NCBI GenBank assembly: GCA_039621445.1
Contig: CP154954.1
Coordinates: 20,136,642-20,200,641 of the forward strand
Direction of reading: 5' to 3'
Origin: Euglena gracilis
Lineage: Eukaryota
DNA: 64,000 nt
In this document: piece after piece, positions 1 through 13,100 of the stretch
Position numbering within the stretch: the stretch's first letter is position 1
How the letters are laid out: each line of letters starts with the position of its first letter
Made by a program: the position numbers and the translations under genes
The notes under the pieces: generated by a model
The model's input: only the letters and a program-made list of their open reading frames with translations
Told to the model about the DNA's origin: nothing
Database searches by the model: none

Positions 1-950
1 TGATGGGGTTGCCGCGGTATCGATTGAGTTTTGCCGGCAACTGTTCAAGTGGACAACTTGACCGTTGGAGGATGTGCTCAGCAGTGGACAACCAACAAGT
101 TTTCCCCCCTGGGTTGCAAATTACCTCCTCCGCTGGAGGTGTTTTGTGCACCGGGGCACCAATCAGCTTTGCCGTTCTGCATTGGGTCACAGAACCGCAC
201 CCTCCCACCGGCCCCAGCGGGTGGGCAGGAGGGTGATGGGAGGCGTTCGGGACGTTCCGGGATGGACAACGGAATCGCACCTGCCTCCTGCATTTCCGGG
301 CATTGGCATTGAAGTGTTGGGTTGGCGGGGTGTTGGGGAAAGAGGAAGATGTTGACTGGTGGCTGAAGGTCTGCAGTGGCCGCGCCAGTTGGGGAGAAAG
401 GGCCCGGTCAACCTGAGTGGTGTGTGAAAGCCCAGCTCTGGCAGTTTGCTGGGCTTCGTGATGACCAACCTTTGCTCCTTAGACTGCTGATTCCTGTGAT
501 GCAGTTCCGTCGAGTCTGATTGGGCCGTCAGCATTGGGAGCCTGCCAAAAGGCACGAAAGGGGGCGAAGTTCAGATAAGGGATGGGTGTGCCTGGGCAAT
601 CACCCAGTTGGGCAGCCGTTGGTCATATGTGGCTGTTCATACCACGTCAAAGGAGCTCGTCCAGTCTGCCCCACGGCTGCATCTGCTGCGCCGCTCTTTC
701 CACCCGACACCCCCCAATCTACCCCCTGGGCCCCCCAGCTCGCCAGCTCACCAAAGTTTGTTTAAAACGTGGGAAGGGGACAGTTTTTTTTCCTAGCCCA
801 AAAGGGAGCACCAATTGGCCAGGCATTTAGAGCAATTGGATTGGTCGTCGCATGATGCTGGTTTGATACTCACGTGTGACTCAAACCAAATGATCACCGC
901 TTTCTCAACTGACCGGGTCCGGGGCCACCGTTTATAAAAATGCTGGGCAA
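1..950. repeat. Inverted copy of the tandem-array unit (left arm runs off the window)
   Basis: Bases 1-950 are the reverse complement of the array unit; the same junk ORFs appear on the opposite strand (187..555 - versus 1777..2145 +). Confidence 0.95.
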
Positions 951-1146
951 ATCTCAACCACGTTCTGCCTTCCTTCTGTATGAAAAATCTGTCCAGTATT
1001 AGCATTAGCGTCCCGTCTGCATTTTTAACTTCAGCACTTCAGAACTTAAACCCCTCCACCTATAAGAAAAACATTTCTTATAGGTGGATTTCCAAAAAAA
1101 ACGGCCCGGGGGTTTCTTATAGGTGGGTTGCAATGTCCCAAAAAAA

Positions 1147-4100
1147 TGGTGGGAGGGTGCGGTTCTGTGACCCAATGCAGAACGGCAAAGCTGATTGGTG
1201 CCCCGGTGCACAAAACACCTCCAGCGGAGGAGGTAATTTGCAACCCAGGGGGGAAAACTTGTTGGTTGTCCACTGCTGAGCACATCCGCCAACGGTCAAG
1301 TTGTCCACTTGAACAGTTGCCGGCAAAACTCAACCGATACCGCGGAAACCCCATCAACGGGGATCACGGGCAGCTGTGGCTTGCCCAGCACTTCAAAAAC
1401 AGTGGCCCTGGATCCGGTCAGTTGAGAAAGCTGTGATCATTTGGTTTGAGTCACACGTGAGTATCAAACCAGCATCATGCGACGACCAATCCAATTGCTC
1501 TAAATGCCTGGCCAACTGGTGCTCCCTTTTGGGCTAGGGAAAAAAAAACTGTCCCCTTCCCACCTTTTCCCCAAACTTTGGTGAGCTGGCGAGCTGGGGG
1601 GCCTAGGGGGTAGATTGGGGGGTGTCGGGTGGAAAGAGCGGCGCAGCAGATGCAGCCGTGGGGCAGACTGGACGAGCTCCTTTGACATGGTATGGACAGC
1701 CACATATGACCAACGGCTGCCCAACTGGGTGATTGCCCAGGCACACCCATCCCTTATCTGAACTTCGCCCCCTTTCGTGCCTTTTGGCAGGCTCCCAATG
1801 CTGACGGCCCAGTCAGACTCGACGGAACTGCATCACAGGAATCAGCAGTCTAAGGAGCAAAGGTTGGTCATCACGAAGCCCAGCAAACTGCCAGAGCTGG
1901 GCTTTCACACACCACTCAGGTTGACCGGGCCCTTTCTCCCCAACTGGCGCGGCCACTGCAGACCTTCAGCCACCAGTCAACGTCTTCCTCTTTCCCCAAC
2001 ACCCCGCCAACCCAACGCTTCAATGCCAATGCCCGGAAATGCAGGAGGCAGGTGCGATTCCGTTGTCCATCCCGGAACGTCCCGAACGCCTCCCATCACC
2101 CTCCTGCCCACCCGCTGGGGCCGGTGGGAGGGTGCGGTTCTGTGACCCAATGCAGAAACGCAAAGCTGATTGTGCCCCGGTGCACAAAACACCTCCAGCG
2201 GAGGAGGTAATTTGCAACCCAGGGGGGAAAACTTGTTGGTTGTCCACTGCTGAGCACATCCTCCAACGGTCAAGTTGTCCACTTGAACAGTTGCCGGCAA
2301 AACCCAACCGATACCGCGGCAACCCCATCAACGGGGATCACGGGCAGCTGTGGCTTGCCCAGCACTTCAAAAACAGTGGCCCTGGATCCGGTCAATTGAG
2401 AAAGCTGTGATCATTTGGTTTGAGTCACACGTGAGTATCAAACCAGCATCATGCGACGACCAATCCAATTGCTCTAAATGCCTGGCCAACTGGTGCTCCC
2501 TTTTGGGCTAGGAAAAAAAAAACTGTCCCCTTCCCACGTTTTAAATAAACTTTGGTGAGCTGGCGAGCTGGGGGGCCCAGGGGGTAGATAGGGGGGGTGT
2601 CGGGTGGAAAGAGCGGCGCAGCAGATGCAGCCGTGGGGCAGACTGGACGAGCTCCTTTGACATGGTATGGACAGCCACATATGACCAACGGCTGCCCAAC
2701 TGGGTGATTGCCCAGGCACACCCATCCCTTATCTGAACTTCGCCCCTTTCGTGCCTTTTGGCAGGCTCCCAATGCTGACGGCCCAGTCAGACTCGACGGA
2801 ACTGCATCACAGGAATCAGCAGTCTAAGGAGCAAAGGTTGGTCATCGCGAAGCCCAGCAAACTGCCAGAGCTGGGCTTTCACACACCACTCAGGTTGACC
2901 GGGGCCGGTGGCAGGGTGCGGTTCTGTGACCCAATGCAGAACGGCAAAGCCGATTGGTGCCCCGGTGCACAAAACACCGGGGCACCAACACTGACCTCCA
3001 GCGGAGGAGGTAATTTGCAACCCGGGGGGAAAACTTGTTGGTTGTCCACTGCTGAGCACATCCTCCAACGGTCAAGTTGTCCACTTGAACAGTTGCCGGC
3101 AAAACTCAACCGATACCGCGGAAACCCCATCAACGGGGATCACGGGCAGCTGTGGCTTGCCCGGCACTTCAAAAACAGTGGCCCTGGATCCGGTCAGTTG
3201 AGAAAGCTGTGATCATTTGGTTTGAGTCACACGTGAGTATCAAACCAGCATCATGCGACGACCAATCCAATTGCTCTAAATGCCTGGCCAACTGGTGCTC
3301 CCTTTTGGGCTAGGAAAAAAAAAACTGTCCCCTTCCCACCTTTTCCCCAAACTTTGGTGAGCTGGCGAGCTGGGGGGCCTAGGGGGTAGATTGGGGGGTG
3401 TCGGGTGGAAAGAGCGGCGCAGCAGATGCAGCCGTGGGGCAGACTGGACGAGCTCCTTTGACGTGGTATGAACAGCCACATATGACCAACGGCTGCCCAA
3501 CTGGGTGATTGCCCAGGCACACCCATCCCTTATCTGAACTTCGCCCCCTTTCGTGCCTTTTGGCAGGCTCCCAATGCTGACGGCCCAATCAGACTCGACG
3601 GAACTGCATCACAGGAATCAGCAGTCTAAGGAGCAAAGGTTGGTCATCACGAAGCCCAGCAAACTGCCAGAGCTGGGCTTTCACACACCACTCAGGTTGA
3701 CCGGGCCCTTTCTCCCCAACTGGCGCGGCCACTGCAGACCTTCAGCCACCAGTCAACGTCTTCCTCTTTCCCTAAACACCCGACAACCCAACGATTAAAT
3801 GCCAATGCCCGGAAATGCAGGAGGCAGGTGCGATTCCGTTGTCCATCCCGGAACGTCCCGAACGCCTCCCATCACCCTCCTGCCCACCCGCTGGGGCCGG
3901 TGGGAGGGTGCGGTTCTGTGACCCAATGCAGAACGGCAAAGCTGATTGTGCCCCGGTGCACAAACAACCTCCAGCGGAGGAGGTAATTTGCAACCCAGGG
4001 GGGAAAACTTGTTGGTTGTCCACTGCTGAGCACATCCTCCAACGGTCAAGTTGTCCACTTGAACAGTTGCCGGCAAAACTCAACCGATACCGCGGCAACC

Positions 4101-7100
4101 CCATCAACGGGGATCACGGGCAGCTGTGGCTTGCCCAGCACTTCAAAAACAGTGGCCCTGGATCCGGTCAATTGAGAAAGCTGTGATCATTTGGTTTGAG
4201 TCACACGTGAGTATCAAACCAGCATCATGCGACGACCAATCCAATTGCTCTAAATGCCTGGCCAACTGGTGCTACCTTTTGGGCTAGGAAAAAAAAAAAA
4301 TGTCCCCTTCCCCCGTTTTTAAACTTTGGGGAGCTGGAGGGCTGGGGGGCCCAGGGTGTAGATAGGGGGGGTGTCGGGTGGAAAGAGCGGCGCAGCAGAT
4401 GCAGCCGTGGGGCAGACTGGACGAGCTCCTTTGACATGGTATGGACAGCCACATATGACCAACGGCTGCCCAACTGGGTGATTGCCCAGGCACACCCATC
4501 CCTTATCTGAACTTCGCCCCTTTCGTGCCTTTTGGCAGGCTCCCAATGCTGACGGCCCAGTCAGACTCGACGGAACTGCATCACAGGAATCAGCAGTCTA
4601 AGGAGCAAAGGTTGGTCATCGCGAAGCCCAGCAAACTGCCAGAGCTGGGCTTTCACACACCACTCAGGTTGACCGGGGCCGGTGGCAGGGTGCGGTTCTG
4701 TGACCCAATGCAGAACGGCAAAGCCGATTGGTGCCCCGGTGCACAAAACACCGGGGCACCAACACTGACCTCCAGCGGAGGAGGTAATTTGCAACCCGGG
4801 GGGAAAACTTGTTGGTTGTCCACTGCTGAGCACATCCTCCAACGGTCAAGTTGTCCACTTGAACAGTTGCCGGCAAAACTCAACCGATACCGCGGAAACC
4901 CCATCAACGGGGATCACGGGCAGCTGTGGCTTGCCCGGCACTTCAAAAACAGTGGCCCTGGATCCGGTCAGTTGAGAAAGCTGTGATCATTTGGTTTGAG
5001 TCACACGTGAGTATCAAACCAGCATCATGCGACGACCAATCCAATTGCTCTAAATGCCTGGCCAACTGGTGCTCCCTTTTGGGCTAGGAAAAAAAAAACT
5101 GTCCCCTTCCCACCTTTTCCCCAAACTTTGGTGAGCTGGCGAGCTGGGGGGCCTAGGGGGTAGATTGGGGGGTGTCGGGTGGAAAGAGCGGCGCAGCAGA
5201 TGCAGCCGTGGGGCAGACTGGACGAGCTCCTTTGACGTGGTATGAACAGCCACATATGACCAACGGCTGCCCAACTGGGTGATTGCCCAGGCACACCCAT
5301 CCCTTATCTGAACTTCGCCCCCTTTCGTGCCTTTTGGCAGGCTCCCAATGCTGACGGCCCAATCAGACTTGACGGAACTGCATCACAGGAATCAGCAGTC
5401 TAAGGAGCAAAGGTTGGTCATCACGAAGCCCAGCAAACTGCCAGAGCTGGGCTTTCACACACCACTCAGGTTGACCGGGCCCTTTCTCCCCAACTGGCGC
5501 GGCCACTGCAGACCTTCAGCCACCAGTCAACACCTTCCTCTTTCCCCAACACCCCGCCAACCCAACACTTCAATGCCAATGCCCGGAAATGCAGGAGGCA
5601 GGTGCGATTCCGTTGTCCATCCCGGAACGTCCCGAACGCCTCCCATCACCCTCCTGCCCACCCGCTGGGGCCGGTGGGAGGGTGCGGTTCTGTGACCCAA
5701 TGCAGAACGGCAAAGCTGATTGTGCCCCGGTGCACAAAACACCTCCAGCGGAGGAGGTAATTTGCAACCCAGGGGGGAAAACTTGTTGGTTGTCCACTGC
5801 TGAGCACATCCTCCAACGGTCAAGTTGTCCACTTGAACAGTTGCCGGCAAAACTCAATCGATACCGCGGAAACCCCATCAACGGGGATCACGGGCAGCTG
5901 TGGCTTGCCCGGCACTTCAAAAACAGTGGCCCTGGATCCGGTCAGTTGAGAAAGCTGTGATCATTTGGTTTGAGTCACACGTGAGTATCAAACCAGCATC
6001 ATGCGACGACCAATCCAATTGCTCTAAATGCCTGGCCAACTGGTGCTCCCTTTTGGGCTAGGAAAAAAAAAAACTGTCCCCTTCCCACATTTCCCCAAAC
6101 TTTGGTGAGCTGGCGAGCTGGGGGGCCTAGGGGGTAGATTGGGGGGTGTCGGGTGGAAAGAGCGGCGCAGCAGATGCAGCCGTGGGGCAGACTGGACGAG
6201 CTCCTTTGACGTGGTATGAACAGCCACATATGACCAACGGCTGCCCAACTGGGTGATTGCCCAGGCACACCCATCCCTTATCTGAACTTCGCCCCCTTTC
6301 GTGCCTTTTGGCAGGCTCCCAATGCTGACGGCCCAATCAGACTCGACGGAACTGCATCACAGGAATCAGCAGTCTAAGGAGCAAAGGTTGGTCATCACGA
6401 AGCCCAGCAAACTGCCAGAGCTGGGCTTTCACACACCACTCAGGTTGACCGGGCCCTTTCTCCCCAACTGGCGCGGCCACTGCAGACCTTCAGCCACCAG
6501 TCAACATCTTCCTCTTTCCCCAACACCCCGCCAACCCAACACTTCAATGCCAATGCCCGGAAATGCAGGAGGCAGGTGCGATTCCGTTGTCCATCCCGGA
6601 ACGTCCCGAACGCCTCCCATCACCCTCCTGCCCACCCGCTGGGGCCGGTGGGAGGGTGCGGTTCTGTGACCCAATGCAGAACGGCAAAGCTGATTGTGCC
6701 CCGGTGCACAAAACACCTCCAGCGGAGGAGGTAATTTGCAACCCAGGGGGGAAAACTTGTTGGTTGTCCACTGCTGAGCACATCCTCCAACGGTCAAGTT
6801 GTCCACTTGAACAGTTGCCGGCAAAACTCAACCGATACCGCGGCAACCCCATCAACGGGGATCACGGGCAGCTGTGGCTTGCCCAGCACTTCAAAAACAG
6901 TGGCCCTGGATCCGGTCAGTTGAGAAAGCTGTGATCATTTGGTTTGAGTCACACGTGAGTATCAAACCAGCATCATGCGACGACCAATCCAATTGCTCTA
7001 AATGCCTGGCCAACTGGTGCTCCCTTTTGGGCTAGGAAAAAAAAAACTGTCCCCTTCCCACGTTTTAAATAAACTTTGGTGAGCTGGCGAGCTGGGGGGC

Positions 7101-10100
7101 CCAGGGGGTAGATAGGGGGGGTGTCGGGTGGAAAGAGCGGCGCAGCAGATGCAGCCGTGGGGCAGACTGGACGAGCTCCTTTGACATGGTATGGACAGCC
7201 ACATATGACCAACGGCTGCCCAACTGGGTGATTGCCCAGGCACACCCATCCCTTATCTGAACTTCGCCCCTTTCGTGCCTTTTGGCAGGCTCCCAATGCT
7301 GACGGCCCAGTCAGACTCGACGGAACTGCATCACAGGAATCAGCAGTCTAAGGAGCAAAGGTTGGTCATCGCGAAGCCAGCAAACCGCCAGAGCTGGGCT
7401 TTCACACCACTCAGGTTGACCGGGGCCGGTGGCAGGGTGCGGTTCTGTGACCCAATGCAGAACGGCAAAGCCGATTGGTGCCCCGGTGCACAAAACACCG
7501 GGGCACCAACACTGACCTCCAGCGGAGGAGGTAATTTGCAACCCGGGGGGAAAACTTGTTGGTTGTCCACTGCTGAGCACATCCTCCAACGGTCAAGTTG
7601 TCCACTTGAACAGTTGCCGGCAAAACTCAACCGATACCGCGGAAACCCCATCAACGGGGATCACGGGCAGCTGTGGCTTGCCCGGCACTTCAAAAACAGT
7701 GGCCCTGGATCCGGTCAGTTGAGAAAGCTGTGATCATTTGGTTTGAGTCACACGTGAGTATCAAACCAGCATCATGCGACGACCAATCCAATTGCTCTAA
7801 ATGCCTGGCCAACTGGTGCTCCCTTTTGGGCTAGGAAAAAAAAAACTGTCCCCTTCCCACCTTTTCCCCAAACTTTGGTGAGCTGGCGAGCTGGGGGGCC
7901 TAGGGGGTAGATTGGGGGGTGTCGGGTGGAAAGAGCGGCGCAGCAGATGCAGCCGTGGGGCAGACTGGACGAGCTCCTTTGACGTGGTATGAACAGCCAC
8001 ATATGACCAACGGCTGCCCAACTGGGTGATTGCCCAGGCACACCCATCCCTTATCTGAACTTCGCCCCCTTTCGTGCCTTTTGGCAGGCTCCCAATGCTG
8101 ACGGCCCAATCAGACTCGACGGAACTGCATCACAGGAATCAGCAGTCTAAGGAGCAAAGGTTGGTCATCACGAAGCCCAGCAAACTGCCAGAGCTGGGCT
8201 TTCACACACCACTCAGGTTGACCGGGCCCTTTCTCCCCAACTGGCGCGGCCACTGCAGACCTTCAGCCACCAGTCAACATCTTCCTCTTTCCCCAACACC
8301 CCGCCAACCCAACACTTCAATGCCAATGCCCGGAAATGCAGGAGGCAGGTGCGATTCCGTTGTCCATCCCGGAACGTCCCGAACGCCTCCCATCACCCTC
8401 CTGCCCACCCGCTGGGGCCGGTGGGAGGGTGCGGTTCTGTGACCCAATGCAGAACGGCAAAGCTGATTGGTGCCCCGGTGCACAAAACACCTCCAGCGGA
8501 GGAGGTAATTTGCAACCCAGGGGGGAAAACTTGTTGGTTGTCCACTGCTGAGCACATCCTCCAACGGTCAAGTTGTCCACTTGAACAGTTGCCGGCAAAA
8601 CTCAATCGATACCGCGGAAACCCCATCAACGGGGATCACGGGCAGCTGTGGCTTGCCCGGCACTTCAAAAACAGTGGCCCTGGATCCGGTCAGTTGAGAA
8701 AGCTGTGATCATTTGGTTTGAGTCACACGTGAGTATCAAACCAGCATCATGCGACGACCAATCCAATTGCTCTAAATGCCTGGCCAACTGGTGCTCCCTT
8801 TTGGGCTAGGAAAAAAAAAACTGTCCCCTTCCCACGTTTTAAATAAACTTTGGTGAGCTGGCGAGCTGGGGGGCCCAGGGGGTAGATAGGGGGGGTGTCG
8901 GGTGGAAAGAGCGGCGCAGCAGATGCAGCCGTGGGGCAGACTGGACGAGCTCCTTTGACATGGTATGGACAGCCACATATGACCAACGGCTGCCCAACTG
9001 GGTGATTGCCCAGGCACACCCATCCCTTATCTGAACTTCGCCCCTTTCGTGCCTTTTGGCAGGCTCCCAATGCTGACGGCCCAGTCAGACTCGACGGAAC
9101 TGCATCACAGGAATCAGCAGTCTAAGGAGCAAAGGTTGGTCATCGCGAAGCCCAGCAAACTGCCAGAGCTGGGCTTTCACACACCACTCAGGTTGACCGG
9201 GGCCGGTGGCAGGGTGCGGTTCTGTGACCCAATGCAGAACGGCAAAGCCGATTGGTGCCCCGGTGCACAAAACACCGGGGCACCAACACTGACCTCCAGC
9301 GGAGGAGGTAATTTGCAACCCGGGGGGAAAACTTGTTGGTTGTCCACTGCTGAGCACATCCTCCAACGGTCAAGTTGTCCACTTGAACAGTTGCCGGCAA
9401 AACTCAACCGATACCGCGGAAACCCCATCAACGGGGATCACGGGCAGCTGTGGCTTGCCCGGCACTTCAAAAACAGTGGCCCTGGATCCGGTCAGTTGAG
9501 AAAGCTGTGATCATTTGGTTTGAGTCACACGTGAGTATCAAACCAGCATCATGCGACGACCAATCCAATTGCTCTAAATGCCTGGCCAACTGGTGCTCCC
9601 TTTTGGGCTAGGAAAAAAAAAAACTGGCCCCTTCCCACCGTTTCCCCAAGGTTGGGGGGGCTGGCGAGCTGGGGGGCCTAGGGGGTAGATTGGGGGGTGT
9701 CGGGTGGAAAGAGCGGCGCAGCAGATGCAGCCGTGGGGCAGACTGGACGAGCTCCTTTGACATGGTATGGACAGCCACATATGACCAACGGCTGCCCAAC
9801 TGGGTGATTGCCCAGGCACACCCATCCCTTATCTGAACTTCGCCCCCTTTCGTGCCTTTTGGCAGGCTCCCAATGCTGACGGCCCAATCAGACTTGACGG
9901 AACTGCATCACAGGAATCAGCAGTCTAAGGAGCAAAGGTTGGTCATCACGAAGCCCAGCAAACTGCCAGAGCTGGGCTTTCACACACCACTCAGGTTGAC
10001 CGGGCCCTTTCTCCCCAACTGGCGCGGCCACTGCAGACCTTCAGCCACCAGTCAACATCTTCCTCTTTCCCCAACACCCCGCCAACCCAACACTTCAATG

Positions 10101-13100
10101 CCAATGCCCGGAAATGCAGGAGGCAGGTGCGATTCCGTTGTCCATCCCGGAACGTCCCGAACGCCTCCCATCACCCTCCTGCCCACCCGCTGGGGCCGGT
10201 GGGAGGGTGCGGTTCTGTGACCCAATGCAGAACGGCAAAGCTGATTGTGCCCCGGTGCACAAAACACCTCCAGCGGAGGAGGTAATTTGCAACCCAGGGG
10301 GGAAAACTTGTTGGTTGTCCACTGCTGAGCACATCCTCCAACGGTCAAGTTGTCCACTTGAACAGTTGCCGGCAAAACTCAATCGATACCGCGGAAACCC
10401 CATCAACGGGGATCACGGGCAGCTGTGGCTTGCCCGGCACTTCAAAAACAGTGGCCCTGGATCCGGTCAGTTGAGAAAGCTGTGATCATTTGGTTTGAGT
10501 CACACGTGAGTATCAAACCAGCATCATGCGACGACCAATCCAATTGCTCTAAATGCCTGGCCAACTGGTGCTCCCTTTTGGGCTAGGAAAAAAAAAACTG
10601 TCCCCTTCCCACATTTCCCCCAAACTTTGGTGAGCTGGCGAGCTGGGGGGCCTAGGGGGTAGATTGGGGGTGTCGGGTGGAAAGAGCGGCGCAGCAGATG
10701 CAGCCGTGGGGCAGACTGGACGAGCTCCTTTGACGTGGTATGAACAGCCACATATGACCAACGGCTGCCCAACTGGGTGATTGCCCAGGCACACCCATCC
10801 CTTATCTGAACTTCGCCCCCTTTCGTGCCTTTTGGCAGGCTCCCAATGCTGACGGCCCAATCAGACTTGACGGAACTGCATCACAGGAATCAGCAGTCTA
10901 AGGAGCAAAGGTTGGTCATCACGAAGCCCAGCAAACTGCCAGAGCTGGGCTTTCACACACCACTCAGGTTGACCGGGCCCTTTCTCCCCAACTGGCGCGG
11001 CCACTGCAGACCTTCAGCCACCAGTCAACACCTTCCTCTTTCCCCAACACCCCGCCAACCCAACACTTCAATGCCAATGCCCGGAAATGCAGGAGGCAGG
11101 TGCGATTCCGTTGTCCATCCCGGAACGTCCCGAACGCCTCCCATCACCCTCCTGCCCACCCGCTGGGGCCGGTGGGAGGGTGCGGTTCTGTGACCCAATG
11201 CAGAACGGCAAAGCTGATTGTGCCCCGGTGCACAAAACACCTCCAGCGGAGGAGGTAATTTGCAACCCAGGGGGGAAAACTTGTTGGTTGTCCACTGCTG
11301 AGCACATCCTCCAACGGTCAAGTTGTCCACTTGAACAGTTGCCGGCAAAACTCAATCGATACCGCGGAAACCCCATCAACGGGGATCACGGGCAGCTGTG
11401 GCTTGCCCGGCACTTCAAAAACAGTGGCCCTGGATCCGGTCAGTTGAGAAAGCTGTGATCATTTGGTTTGAGTCACACGTGAGTATCAAACCAGCATCAT
11501 GCGACGACCAATCCAATTGCTCTAAATGCCTGGCCAACTGGTGCTCCCTTTTGGGCTAGGAAAAAAAAAACTGTCCCCTTCCCACCTTTTCCCCAAACTT
11601 TGGTGAGCTGGCGAGCTGGGGGGCCTAGGGGGTAGATTGGGGGGTGTCGGGTGGAAAGAGCGGCGCAGCAGATGCAGCCGTGGGGCAGACTGGACGAGCT
11701 CCTTTGACGTGGTATGAACAGCCACATATGACCAACGGCTGCCCAACTGGGTGATTGCCCAGGCACACCCATCCCTTATCTGAACTTCGCCCCCTTTCGT
11801 GCCTTTTGGCAGGCTCCCAATGCTGACGGCCCAATCAGACTTGACGGAACTGCATCACAGGAATCAGCAGTCTAAGGAGCAAAGGTTGGTCATCACGAAG
11901 CCCAGCAAACTGCCAGAGCTGGGCTTTCACACACCACTCAGGTTGACCGGGCCCTTTCTCCCCAACTGGCGCGGCCACTGCAGACCTTCAGCCACCAGTC
12001 AACACCTTCCTCTTTCCCCAACACCCCGCCAACCCAACACTTCAATGCCAATGCCCGGAAATGCAGGAGGCAGGTGCGATTCCGTTGTCCATCCCGGAAC
12101 GTCCCGAACGCCTCCCATCACCCTCCTGCCCACCCGCTGGGGCCGGTGGGAGGGTGCGGTTCTGTGACCCAATGCAGAACGGCAAAGCTGATTGTGCCCC
12201 GGTGCACAAAACACCTCCAGCGGAGGAGGTAATTTGCAACCCAGGGGGGAAAACTTGTTGGTTGTCCACTGCTGAGCACATCCTCCAACGGTCAAGTTGT
12301 CCACTTGAACAGTTGCCGGCAAAACTCAATCGATACCGCGGAAACCCCATCAACGGGGATCACGGGCAGCTGTGGCTTGCCCGGCACTTCAAAAACAGTG
12401 GCCCTGGATCCGGTCAGTTGAGAAAGCTGTGATCATTTGGTTTGAGTCACACGTGAGTATCAAACCAGCATCATGCGACGGCCAATCCAATTGCTCTAAA
12501 TGCCTGGCCAACTGGTGCTCCCTTTTAAAAAAAAAAAAAAAAAACTGTCCCCTTCCCACCTTTTCCCCAAACTTTGGTGAGCTGGCGAGCTGGGGGGCCT
12601 AGGGGGTAGATTGGGGGGTGTCGGGTGGAAAGAGCGGCGCAGCAGATGCAGCCGTGGGGCAGACTGGACGAGCTCCTTTGACGTGGTATGAACAGCCACA
12701 TATGACCAACGGCTGCCCAACTGGGTGATTGCCCAGGCACCCCTATCCCTTATCTGAACTTCGCCCCCTTTCGTGCCTTTTGGCAGGCTCCCAATGCTGA
12801 CGGCCCAATCAGACTTGACGGAACTGCATCACAGGAATCAGCAGTCTAAGGAGCAAAGGTTGGTCATCACGAAGCCCAGCAAACTGCCAGAGCTGGGCTT
12901 TCACACACCACTCAGGTTGACCGGGCCCTTTCTCCCCAAACTGGCGCGGCCACTGCAGACCTTCAGCCACCAGTCAACACCTTCCTCTTTCCCCAACACC
13001 CCGCCAACCCAACACTTCAATGCCAATGCCCGGAAATGCAGGAGGCAGGTGCGATTCCGTTGTCCATCCCGGAACGTCCCGAACGCCTCCCATCACCCTC

